This document shows positions 18,328-26,920 of a stretch of DNA of 64,000 nucleotides, one piece after another. How positions within the stretch are numbered: the stretch's first letter is position 1; each line of letters opens with the position of its first letter. A program made the position numbers and the translations under genes. Below the pieces are notes generated by a model, which did no database searches, was not told the origin of the DNA, and worked only from the letters and a program-made list of their open reading frames with translations. Source of the stretch: Candidatus Aldehydirespiratoraceae bacterium (lineage in GTDB: Bacteria > Actinomycetota > Acidimicrobiia > Acidimicrobiales > Aldehydirespiratoraceae); NCBI GenBank assembly GCA_047639555.1, contig JBLIOE010000019.1:714-64713 (forward strand), read 5' to 3'.

Positions 18328-18380
18328 GAACCAACGACTTCCCCGTCGAGCAAAAGACTTCCCCGTCGAGTCGATTGTTC
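18328..18380 (+). ncRNA. Twin direct repeats forming two small hairpins with UUCCCC loops inside a closing stem; 6C-sRNA-like element or tandem operator
   Basis: GACTTCCCCGTCGAG occurs at 18336-18350 and 18356-18370 (20-bp period). Each contains (C)GAC-TTCCCC-GTC(G). Flanking GAA(C)CAA/TTGTTC can close the structure. It lies 12 nt upstream of the tadZ-like GTG. The stems are short, so this is tentative. Confidence 0.25.
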
Positions 18381-18391
18381 CGGGAGTTGTT

Positions 18392-19033
18392 GTGTTGACC
18401 GTGTGTTTCACGCCGAAGGGCGGTGCCGGTGGTTCCGTTGTTGCCGCCGCGCTGGCGTTGCAAGTAGCGGCGAGTGGTCGGCCGTGCCTACTCGTCGACC
18501 TGGCCGGTGATCTCGCGGCGGTCCTTGGTGTCGCCGAGGACGACGGCGTCAGCGACTGGATAGCGGCGGCCGATGATGTGCCGATCGATGCGCTGCGAGC
18601 GCTTGAGACGCCGGTGGTCGAGCACCTTCGCCTGCTCCCGTACGGCAACGCAGCGGCCGCCGATTGGTCCGAAGACCGACGTCAGCTCGCGATCTCAGTT
18701 CTCGCGGCGAGCGCCACCTCCGTGATCGTTGATGCGGGTACAGGCCCGCGCTGGTGGCCGGAACAGGCGACCACTATTGCCGTCGTGCGTTCGTGTTACC
18801 TGGGCGTCCGCCGACTCACCGCCGCTGTGCATCCGGCTGATCACATCGTGGTCGTAGAGGAGGCCGGCCGCGTTCTTCGGCGGCGAGACATCGAGGAGGC
18901 GATCGGTCGGCCGGCTTTGGCTATTCCGTGGGACCCGGCCGTGGCCCGAGCCGTCGACGCGGGTCTGCTGGCCCATCGTCTTCCACGGTCACTGCGAGGT
19001 CTGCGCCCATTGCTCGATCGAGGCGTCGCATGA
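18392..19033 (+). CDS. TadZ/CpaE/Ssd-like ParA-family protein with degenerate Walker A
   Basis: FTPKGGAGGSVVAAALA sits where MinD/ParA proteins have KGGxGK[ST]; the P-loop Lys is replaced by Gly. First gene of the tad operon. ATGA overlap with tadA. Confidence 0.7.
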   Translation: MLTVCFTPKGGAGGSVVAAALALQVAASGRPCLLVDLAGDLAAVLGVAEDDGVSDWIAAADDVPIDALRALETPVVEHLRLLPYGNAAAADWSEDRRQLAISVLAASATSVIVDAGTGPRWWPEQATTIAVVRSCYLGVRRLTAAVHPADHIVVVEEAGRVLRRRDIEEAIGRPALAIPWDPAVARAVDAGLLAHRLPRSLRGLRPLLDRGVA

Positions 19034-20055
19034 TCGACGAGCAGCTGGTCGCCCGAGTCCATCGCCGGGTGGTGAACGAAGATCGAGTTGATGAGGTGGC
19101 CGCAGTTGTGGCGTTGGAGTCACCCTTGTTGTCGTCGACCGATCGCGACCGCGCGGTGCAAGAAGTGGAAGCCCGGCTGCACGGGCTGGGTCCGCTCGAA
19201 CTGCTCATGGCGGATCCAACGGTCACCGAAATCATGGCCAACGGACCCGGTGTGGTCTGGGTGGAGCGAGCGGGCGCGGTCGAACCGACTGACACCACGC
19301 TCGATGCTCGTGAGCTGATGGCGGTGATCGAACGAGCACTGTCGGGGGTCGGTCGCCGTATCGATCCGCTGCGCCCGTGGGTCGACGCTCGGCTGCCGGA
19401 TGGGAGTCGAGTCAATGTGGTCGCCGGCCCTATCGCCGTCGACGGTCCCTACCTCACGATCCGCCGGTTCGGCTTGGTCAACCCGGAGCTGAGCGACTTC
19501 GCCTCGACCGCCGACGAACGGGCGCTCCGCAGCTTCGTCGAACGAGGCGACGCCGTGCTCATCAGCGGCGGAACCGGAGCGGGCAAGACCACCCTGCTGA
19601 ATGCGCTGGCCGGCTGCCTGGCCCCCGAACTGCGGGTCGTCACGGTTGAAGACGCGGCGGAGCTGGCGATTCCGTTGCCACATGTCGTGCGGATGGAGGG
19701 CCGCCCGCCGGGCATTGAAGGCGACGGAGAGGTGTCCACCCGCGATCTGGTTCGTACGGCGCTCCGCATGCGCCCGGATCGGCTGATTGTCGGCGAAGTC
19801 CGCGGCCCCGAGGCTTACGACCTTCTTCAGGCAATGCATACGGGGCATCGCGGCGGGATGTCCACCATCCATGCCAACTCACCACAGGACGCGCTTGATC
19901 GGCTGAGCACCCTCGTGCTGAGCGCGGGTATGGGCCTCGACCCCGGCGCGGTCGATCGTCAGATCCGTCGCGCCATCGACTGGGTCGTGCAGGTCGAGCG
20001 GCAGGCCAGTGGGCGTCGACGGGTGGTTTCCATGCTGGCTGTGGAGGCGATGTGA
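19030..20055 (+). CDS. tadA: Tad pilus secretion ATPase TadA/CpaF
   Basis: [33 protein letters not shown] (Walker A), [34 protein letters not shown]. Confidence 0.9.
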   Translation: MIDEQLVARVHRRVVNEDRVDEVAAVVALESPLLSSTDRDRAVQEVEARLHGLGPLELLMADPTVTEIMANGPGVVWVERAGAVEPTDTTLDARELMAVIERALSGVGRRIDPLRPWVDARLPDGSRVNVVAGPIAVDGPYLTIRRFGLVNPELSDFASTADERALRSFVERGDAVLISGGTGAGKTTLLNALAGCLAPELRVVTVEDAAELAIPLPHVVRMEGRPPGIEGDGEVSTRDLVRTALRMRPDRLIVGEVRGPEAYDLLQAMHTGHRGGMSTIHANSPQDALDRLSTLVLSAGMGLDPGAVDRQIRRAIDWVVQVERQASGRRRVVSMLAVEAM

Positions 20056-20627
20056 TCACGTGGAGAAAGCCGTCGGCCGGCGCGGCCGTGACGTGGCAGG
20101 TCGAACGTCTGCCAATGCTGTTGGACCGCCTGGCCCGCGAGATCCGGGGCGGGGGATCCTTGTTGCAGGCGCTGGCAACGGTCTCGAAGGATGATGTGCT
20201 GGCGGGATCGGCGTTGCGGGAGGCAATGCTCCGGGCGGAGCACGGCATGTCGGTAGTTGATGCCCTCGATGGGTGGGCCGAGGCACTGAACCATCGAGAC
20301 GCAGCCGTCGTTCGAGCCGTACTGGCAACGGGCCACACCGCTGGCGGCGGGCTGGCGAGCGCGCTCACGCGAGCGGCGATCAGCTTGCGCGATCGGGCGG
20401 CGGTCGAACGCGAGGTACGGGCGCTGTCGGCCCAGTCCCGCGCCTCGGCGATGGTGCTCACGGCCGCTCCAGTGATGTTCCTGGCGCTCTTTGGTGCGCT
20501 CAACCCGGCGGTCTTGGCGACCGCTGCCGGTTCGGGGCTGGGCCGTGTCTGTCTTCTCGGTGGCGCCCTTCTTGATGTCGCCGGTTGGCGCTGGATGATG
20601 GTGCTCGAGCGGCGGGTGCTGCGATGA
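20052..20627 (+). CDS. tadB: TadB-like type II secretion system F-domain membrane protein
   Basis: T2SSF-type layout with C-terminal TM helices. GTG start overlaps the tadA stop. Position in operon. Confidence 0.7.
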   Translation: MITWRKPSAGAAVTWQVERLPMLLDRLAREIRGGGSLLQALATVSKDDVLAGSALREAMLRAEHGMSVVDALDGWAEALNHRDAAVVRAVLATGHTAGGGLASALTRAAISLRDRAAVEREVRALSAQSRASAMVLTAAPVMFLALFGALNPAVLATAAGSGLGRVCLLGGALLDVAGWRWMMVLERRVLR

Positions 20628-21331
20628 GCGCGGGGATCGCGGTGTTGTGTGTGGCGGGAGCGCTCGCGCTGATGATTCGCCCGTGGTGGGCCCGGCCGCG
20701 CATGATTCACGCGCACCCAAGAGCCGCCGTGTCGCGCCCGTCCGGGATCGTGGCGGCGGGGCCGTTGTGGGGCGCGCTCGTGGTCGCCGGCTGGATGGTC
20801 CACCCGGTGCTCTCGTTGCTCATTCTGGTCGGCCCCAGCGTTCGTGAGCGGGCGGAACTCCGTCGGGTCTCCGGCGCGAGCGCTCGAGCGATTGTGAGCA
20901 CACTTCCCGAGGCCATCGACTTGATCGGGCTCGGGGTGGCGGCCGGCCTCGGGCCACGAGAGGCGCTTCTGACCAGTCACCGTTGGCTCCCTCACCCGTT
21001 CGCCGACGTGTTCGGCGAAGCGCTAAGACGAGCCGACGCGGGCGAGCCGCTCTCGGATGCGATCGATGTTGTTGCGCCCGCGCTCGGACACGAAGCCCAA
21101 GCCTTGTGTGTCGTGCTGAGCGGGGCGGAGCTGGCGGGAGGTGCCCTTGCGGCTGACCTCGTTCGGCTCGGTGATGATGCTCGGCGTGGTCGGCGCAGCG
21201 CCGCTGCAGCCCGAGCGCAGCGGCTCCCGGTGCAGATGCTCGCCCCTTTGGTGCTGTGTGTCTTGCCCGCTTTCGGTCTGGTCGCCGTTGTTCCCTTGCT
21301 TCTGACCGGCCTCGCCGACTTCGGCCTGTGA
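20624..21331 (+). CDS. tadC: TadC-like type II secretion system F-domain membrane protein
   Basis: N-terminal TM, T2SSF core (LPEAIDLIGLGVAAGLGPREAL), C-terminal TMs. ATGA overlap with tadB. Confidence 0.7.
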   Translation: MSAGIAVLCVAGALALMIRPWWARPRMIHAHPRAAVSRPSGIVAAGPLWGALVVAGWMVHPVLSLLILVGPSVRERAELRRVSGASARAIVSTLPEAIDLIGLGVAAGLGPREALLTSHRWLPHPFADVFGEALRRADAGEPLSDAIDVVAPALGHEAQALCVVLSGAELAGGALAADLVRLGDDARRGRRSAAAARAQRLPVQMLAPLVLCVLPAFGLVAVVPLLLTGLADFGL

Positions 21332-21383
21332 ACGCTCTTCCCCCGTCGCTTCCCCGCGTGATCAAAGCGAAAGAAGAGAATCC

Positions 21384-21605
21384 ATGAATCAAACAACAAT
21401 GCTGCGTATGTGGGTGGCCGCGGAGTCCGCGATGCGGACATCGCCACGGCTGCGAAACGACCGCGGCCAAGCCACGGCCGAATATGCCTTGGTCGTGCTC
21501 GGCGCGGCGGCGGTGGCAATGCTGCTCATCGCCTGGGCGACCAGCACCGGCAAGGTGTCGACCCTTCTGAACAAGGTGGTCGACTCGGTCGAGGATCGCA
21601 TCTAG
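21384..21605 (+). CDS. flp: Flp-type pilin (actinobacterial DUF4244-like)
   Basis: RGQATAEYALVVLGAAAVAMLLIAWA: the G/ATAEY processing motif followed by a hydrophobic helix. Confidence 0.75.
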   Translation: MNQTTMLRMWVAAESAMRTSPRLRNDRGQATAEYALVVLGAAAVAMLLIAWATSTGKVSTLLNKVVDSVEDRI

Positions 21606-21970
21606 TGATCCGCTCTGCCCGTGGTCAAGCGACGGTCGAGTTCGCCCTCGTTCTTCCGCTTCTCGCGCTCGTCGCGTTGGCGGTTGTTCAGGTTGCGGCG
21701 GTCGTCGACGATCGCGTGCAGCTCACCCACGCGGCGCGGGTTGGCGCCCGCGCTGCGTCGGTGGGGGCGACCGATCCTCAGGTCCGGGCCGACGTGGTGG
21801 CCGCCACAAGTCTCGACCCGTCGCGTCTCGATGTGCAGATCTCGCGATCGGGCCCGGCCGTCACGGTGACGGTTCGGTATCGCGCGGCAACCGGCACCCC
21901 AGTGGTCGGGGTGGTGCTCGCCGACGTGGAACTGAGCTCGACGGCTCGTATGCCCCGCGAGCCGCCGTGA
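21605..21970 (+). CDS. TadE-like pseudopilin
   Basis: GTG at 21605 gives VIRSARGQATVEFALVLPLLALVALAVVQVAAV, the TadE N-terminal motif. In frame with track ORF 21410..21970. Confidence 0.75.
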   Translation: MIRSARGQATVEFALVLPLLALVALAVVQVAAVVDDRVQLTHAARVGARAASVGATDPQVRADVVAATSLDPSRLDVQISRSGPAVTVTVRYRAATGTPVVGVVLADVELSSTARMPREPP

Positions 21971-22121
21971 GTTAGGTGGGGCGGAACTGGGCCGAGCGTC
22001 GTGTCGAAGCCGGGCGCCCGGTGACTTTGCTGATGATCTGCGCCCGGCATTCTGGGGTCTCTTGGGCTGAACGATTCAGAGACGTCGACCGAAAGGCCTA
22101 CTCTGGACCCGATCTTGCGGG

Positions 22122-24500
22122 TTAGCCGCCGAGAATCGCTCGAAGGAGCCGTGAGGCACCGATCTTGTCGAGCGGCTCGTTGCCATTGCCACATTTGGGC
22201 GACTGGACACATGACGGGCATCCGGCGACACAGCCGCAGGCATCGATGACATCGGCCGTGGCGCCGAGGTGGCGAGCCCCGGCCTCCCACCCCAGCTCGG
22301 CGATACCCGCACCGCCGGGGTAGGCGTCGTACACAAAAATCGTGGGGGCGCCGGTGTCGTCATGGTGGGCGGTGGACACCCCGCCGACATCCCATCGATC
22401 ACAGATGGTGAACAAGGGGAGCAGGCCGATCGCCGCGTGTTCGGCCGCGTGCAGAGTGCCGGCGATGTCGTCGCTGGCCGCGGCGACAAGGCCCGAATCG
22501 ACGGTGTACCAAAATGCTCGAGTGACGAGCCGCTGCTCGGGGAGGTCGAGGGTTTCGTTGGTGAGGATTTTTCGGGACCGAGTGTCGCGCAGCTGGTAGC
22601 CGGTCACTTGAGTGATCACTTCGACCGAACCGAGATGAAGCGTGGCCGCGCCAACGGTGCGGGTCTCGTCGACCTCAAGGACGCGGATGTCGGTGTTGCT
22701 GCGGGCCTGGGTGTAGTCCTTTCCGTCGGCCTCGACAACGCGGGCTTCTCGATCCTCGAGATCGAGGCGGACCACCTCGAAGGCGCGCCCTCGGTGGAGG
22801 TAGATCGCGCCGGTGTGGACCGACGAGTAGGCCCGGCTCTCATCGACGGTGCCGATCAGGCGTTGGGTGTCGTGATCAACGATTCGAATTTCGCCGGACG
22901 ACCCGGACCGGAGGCTGATGCCCCTCGACGGGTAGCCGGTGCCGCACCAATGAGCGAACGGTTCTTCGGTGCCGTTGCGCCAGCGGCGCCGGAGACGCAG
23001 GTGGTCGCTGCGGACAAGATCTCGCACCGCGTTGTGAAGCTCTTCTTCGCTCCACCAGCGAAGGTCGTCGTAGCTAATCGGCAGTTCGTAGGCGGCGCAC
23101 GCGAGATGGGGATTGAGGACGAAGGGGTTGTCGGTGTTGACCACGGATGGTTCGGGCGGGCGCGAGAACACTTCTTCGGGGTGGGCCATCAGGTAGCGGT
23201 CGAGCTGGTCGTCGCCCCCCACCATCACCGTGACGGAAGCACTCCCTCGGCGCCCGGCGCGCCCGGCCTGCTGCCACATCGACGCGATCGTGCCCGGGAA
23301 TCCGTTCATCACACACGCGTCGAGGCCGCCGATGTCGACGCCGAGTTCGAGGGCGGAGGTGGACACCACGCCGCGCAGGTTGCCGCCGAAGAGCTCGTGT
23401 TCGATCGCCCGCCGTTCCGCGGCGAGATACCCGCCTCGATAAGGCATGACCGAATCGCGGAGTGCGGCGGGTAGGCGTCGATTCACATCGGCCGCCACCA
23501 GCTCGGTGCCCTTCCGAGATCGGCAGAAGGTGATCGTGCGATGGCCGGAGGCGACCAGAGCGGCAGTGACCGACGCACATTCGGAGTTGGCCGACGAGCG
23601 AGCCCCACTTTCCTGGTCGACTACGGGTGGGTCGAGCAGGGCGAACCGTCGGGGCCCGGCGGGCGAACCGTCGTTGGTGACTGCGGTAACCGGCGCCGCA
23701 CACAGTGCCGATGCCAGCCGGGCCGGGTCGCCAATCGTGGCCGAGCAAAAGATGAAGGTGGGGTCGGCGCCATAGTGGCGACAGATGCGGCGGAGGCGCC
23801 GCAGGATATGAGCGACGTGGGTGCCGAATACACCGCGCAAGACGTGGAGCTCATCGATCACGACATATCGGAGTCGCATGAGTAGGGCATCCCACTTGAC
23901 GTGCCGGGGGAGCAGGCCACCGTGCAACATCTCCGGATTGGTGAGGAGCACGTTGGCGTGGACGCGGATCCACGCTTTCTCTTCGGCGCTCGCATCGCCG
24001 TCGTAGGCCCCGGCCACCAGCGCGGGGAAGTCGAGCGCGGTGAGGGCTCGCAGCTGATCGTGGGCGAGCGCCTTGGTGGGGTAGAGGATCAGCGCGGTGC
24101 CGGGCTTGATTGGATCGATCACTGCCTCGGCGATCGGCAGCTGGAAGCAGCGACTCTTTCCTGAAGCGGTGCCAGTGGCGATGACGACGTTTCCGCCATC
24201 TCTCGCCCGGTCAATCGCTTCGACTTGGTGGGTCCAAAGGGGAAGGTCGGTGACCCGGTGCTCGAGCGCGGTGGGCAGGGGCCGAGCGAGCGCACCGAAA
24301 CGCTCGACGCGCTCATCGAGATGTTCGATATGCACCAGCCGACCATCGTCGGTGAGCTCTTGCAGCAGCTCCTCGAAGGCCGGCGTGTGGGGGAGTGCTG
24401 GTGGTGCGAGTCGGAGGTTTGGCGCGTCGGCGATCGCGGGATCGGCCAGCCCGGAAGTCGACGGTGACTCGAGCGGCGTCGGCTCTGGAGCGAGCGCCAT
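22122..24500 (-). CDS. DEAD/DEAH-box helicase with C-terminal DUF1998 zinc domain (MrfA/YprA-like)
   Basis: VIATGTASGKSRCF (motif I), VIDELHVL (DExH), SALELGVDIGGLD, C-terminal CGCVAGCPSCVQSPKCGNGNEPLDK. Confidence 0.85.
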   Translation of the reverse strand: MALAPEPTPLESPSTSGLADPAIADAPNLRLAPPALPHTPAFEELLQELTDDGRLVHIEHLDERVERFGALARPLPTALEHRVTDLPLWTHQVEAIDRARDGGNVVIATGTASGKSRCFQLPIAEAVIDPIKPGTALILYPTKALAHDQLRALTALDFPALVAGAYDGDASAEEKAWIRVHANVLLTNPEMLHGGLLPRHVKWDALLMRLRYVVIDELHVLRGVFGTHVAHILRRLRRICRHYGADPTFIFCSATIGDPARLASALCAAPVTAVTNDGSPAGPRRFALLDPPVVDQESGARSSANSECASVTAALVASGHRTITFCRSRKGTELVAADVNRRLPAALRDSVMPYRGGYLAAERRAIEHELFGGNLRGVVSTSALELGVDIGGLDACVMNGFPGTIASMWQQAGRAGRRGSASVTVMVGGDDQLDRYLMAHPEEVFSRPPEPSVVNTDNPFVLNPHLACAAYELPISYDDLRWWSEEELHNAVRDLVRSDHLRLRRRWRNGTEEPFAHWCGTGYPSRGISLRSGSSGEIRIVDHDTQRLIGTVDESRAYSSVHTGAIYLHRGRAFEVVRLDLEDREARVVEADGKDYTQARSNTDIRVLEVDETRTVGAATLHLGSVEVITQVTGYQLRDTRSRKILTNETLDLPEQRLVTRAFWYTVDSGLVAAASDDIAGTLHAAEHAAIGLLPLFTICDRWDVGGVSTAHHDDTGAPTIFVYDAYPGGAGIAELGWEAGARHLGATADVIDACGCVAGCPSCVQSPKCGNGNEPLDKIGASRLLRAILGG

Positions 24501-24594
24501 TTGACGATGTTACGAGAAGGGTGTGACCAAATCACATGGTTGTGGTCCTCCGGCGGTTCCGTATGGCGGCGTCGGCGTATTACCGTCTCTCTTC

Positions 24595-24945
24595 GTGCAG
24601 ATTGTTACGCACTCACACCAGGAAGGGCCGTGGACTGTCATCACTGTCGCGGGCGAGCTTGATGTGGTGGGTGGGCCCGACCTTCGCCAGGCGATCATGG
24701 CCGAGGTTCGGGTGGGAAATCATCAGCTCGTGCTTGATCTCTCCGGTGTCGACTTCATCGATTCGTTTGGCCTGGGTGTGGTGATTGGCGCACTGAAGCG
24801 TGTCCGTATCCTTGATGGCGATCTGCGGCTCGTCGTGCCTGAGCCGCGGGTGCGTCGCGTCTTTGAGGTCTGTGATCTGGATCGCGTCTTTGACTTTCAC
24901 GCGTCGGTCGACGCAGCAGTTGAGGATGGGGCGGTTCGTCGATGA
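24595..24945 (+). CDS. STAS-domain anti-sigma-factor antagonist (RsbV/SpoIIAA-like)
   Basis: VITVAGELDVVGGPDLRQAI...LVLDLSGVDFIDSFGLGVVIGA (phosphorylatable Ser in DSFG). GTG at 24595 chosen; the track start 24523 is in frame. Confidence 0.8.
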   Translation: MQIVTHSHQEGPWTVITVAGELDVVGGPDLRQAIMAEVRVGNHQLVLDLSGVDFIDSFGLGVVIGALKRVRILDGDLRLVVPEPRVRRVFEVCDLDRVFDFHASVDAAVEDGAVRR

Positions 24946-25436
24946 GCGATGGCACCGCCGGCGACGAGATGGCGGTGGCCGATTTTCGTCCGGGTGAAAT
25001 CGTCCTCGAGATACCGGCGCGAACCGAATACGTCTCGTTGGTGCGAGTCGTCGTTGCGGCCGCCGCCGAGATCGAGCCCGACATGGACTCGGCGCGGATC
25101 GATGATCTACGCGTCGCAGTGTCGGAAGCCACGACGAACGCGATCGAGGCGCACGACCTCCATGGAGTCATCGATCGCATCCGTATCCAGTGCAATCTCG
25201 CGGATGATGAAATCGCCGTGGTCGTTCACGACCAGGGAATGGGGTTCGAGCCTGACGAGGTTCCCACCCTTCCGGAGCCTGATTCGCCCGAGCGATTGCT
25301 TCACGAATCCGGACTGGGCGTGCACCTGATGCAGATGCTGGCGGACGAGTCAGAGATCTCTGCCACCGACTCCGGCACCGACGTTCGTTTCGTCGTCTAT
25401 TCGTCGAAGCGTCGCCGCAGGGATTCAGACGGATAG
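24942..25436 (+). CDS. Anti-sigma factor / serine kinase, HATPase_c type (RsbW/SpoIIAB-like)
   Basis: VSEATTNAIEH-type N box (VAVSEATTNAIEAH) and G box DQGMGF...GLGVHLM. ATGA overlap with the STAS gene. Confidence 0.8.
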   Translation: MSDGTAGDEMAVADFRPGEIVLEIPARTEYVSLVRVVVAAAAEIEPDMDSARIDDLRVAVSEATTNAIEAHDLHGVIDRIRIQCNLADDEIAVVVHDQGMGFEPDEVPTLPEPDSPERLLHESGLGVHLMQMLADESEISATDSGTDVRFVVYSSKRRRRDSDG

Positions 25437-25451
25437 CGTTTCCCTCCGTCT

Positions 25452-26816
25452 ATGGCCCACGACGATCTTCCGTTCTCTCCTTACACCTGGATTGGTAGCG
25501 ATCGCCGTTTGGCGCGTGCCGTCGGACGGCCGGTCCGGAACTTTCTGCGGATCGAAGCGGCGGGCGGCATATTGCTCGTCGTCGCGACGATTACTGCGCT
25601 CGTCTGGGCTAATTCGCCATGGAGCGCTTCTTACAACGACATCCTCGACACGCACATCGCGCTTGCGGTAGGCGACCTCATCCAGCTCGATGAGTCCGTG
25701 CTTCATTGGATCAACGATGCGCTGATGGCCGTCTTCTTCTTCGTGGTTGGTCTGGAAATCAAACGTGAGCTGGTCGTCGGCGAGCTGCGGGATCCCCGAG
25801 CGGCGGCCCTCCCGGCGATCGCGGCAATCGGCGGCATGGTCGTGCCCGCTGGTATCTACATTCTGTTCAACTCGAGCGGCATGGAGTTCGACGGCTGGGG
25901 TATCCCGATGGCCACCGACATCGCCTTTGCGATCGGTGTTGTCTCACTTCTCGGCAATCGTGTGCCGAGCGCCATGAAGGTGTTCTTGCTCACCCTTGCG
26001 ATCGTCGATGACATTGGCGCAATCGCGATCATCGCGATTTTCTATACCGACGACTTCTCGTCGGGCTGGTTCCTGCTTGCGATGTTGGCCATCGGTGTGG
26101 TGCTGCTGATGCGTCTCGCGAAGATCTGGTGGATCCCGGCCTATGTGGTCGTGGGGTTCTTCGTGTGGCTTGCCGTATTCGAGTCCGGAATCCACGCCAC
26201 GATCGCCGGTGTCGTCCTTGGCCTCCTTACTCCGGCCGTGCCGCTGAAGCTGGAGTCAGAAGAGCAAGATGTCGACGATCTGATCCGTCGAGCCGCGCGT
26301 GGTGATGCCAGTGCCCCGGTGGTGCGGCGGGCCAACTTCGAACTGAAAGAACAGGTCTCCGTGGTCGAGCGACTCGAAGACGCGCTGCACCCCTTCTCGA
26401 GCTATTTCATCATTCCGATTTTTGCGCTTGCGAACGCGGGTGTAGCGCTCTCAAGCGACACGCTCCGCAACGCGGTTACCAGCCCCATCACCCTCGGCGT
26501 GGCGGGCGGCCTAGTGGTCGGCAAGATGATCGGCGTCTCGCTCGCGACGTTCATCGCGGTGCGAACTGGGATTGCCTCACTTCCTCGGGCCGCAACATGG
26601 ACCCACGTATTCGGCCTTTCTGCGATGGCGGGCATCGGCTTCACTGTGTCGCTCTTCATTACCGGCCTCGCCTTCGACGATCCCCTCGCTGACCAGGCCC
26701 GGATCGGCATCCTGGCGGCTTCGGTGATCGCTGCGGTGATTGGTTCCTTGATTCTCCTTCAGGCGAAAGAGGTCGTGGAAATCGAGATCGACGACCCGGT
26801 CCCCGCGGGCGTTTAA
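25452..26816 (+). CDS. nhaA: Na+/H+ antiporter NhaA
   Basis: WINDALMAVFFFVVGLEIKRE, ATDIAFA, AIVDDIGAIAIIA. Confidence 0.9.
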   Translation: MAHDDLPFSPYTWIGSDRRLARAVGRPVRNFLRIEAAGGILLVVATITALVWANSPWSASYNDILDTHIALAVGDLIQLDESVLHWINDALMAVFFFVVGLEIKRELVVGELRDPRAAALPAIAAIGGMVVPAGIYILFNSSGMEFDGWGIPMATDIAFAIGVVSLLGNRVPSAMKVFLLTLAIVDDIGAIAIIAIFYTDDFSSGWFLLAMLAIGVVLLMRLAKIWWIPAYVVVGFFVWLAVFESGIHATIAGVVLGLLTPAVPLKLESEEQDVDDLIRRAARGDASAPVVRRANFELKEQVSVVERLEDALHPFSSYFIIPIFALANAGVALSSDTLRNAVTSPITLGVAGGLVVGKMIGVSLATFIAVRTGIASLPRAATWTHVFGLSAMAGIGFTVSLFITGLAFDDPLADQARIGILAASVIAAVIGSLILLQAKEVVEIEIDDPVPAGV

Positions 26817-26920
26817 CCCCATTTTTCTACGTCGTCGGCGATTCTGCCGATCGACGAATTTGCGCATTGTTTGTCGGAAACAGTTGACAAGCACCTCAGA
26901 GATCGGTTTGGTTCGTCACC

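Noticed and set aside
19640-20995. 451-aa minus-strand ORF antisense to tadA, tadB and tadC
   Set aside because: Its composition is Arg/Pro/Ala-rich with no motifs. It is antisense to a coherent, translationally coupled tad operon.
21976-22125. 49-codon GTG ORF after tadE as a third pseudopilin gene
   Set aside because: It is too short, only weakly hydrophobic, and overlaps the helicase 3' end. I mention it only as a possible remnant in the tad finding.
26884-26912. TTGACA-N17-TTTGGT as the topA promoter
   Set aside because: The -35 is perfect, but the -10 lacks the TAnnnT pattern. This cannot be supported without TSS data.
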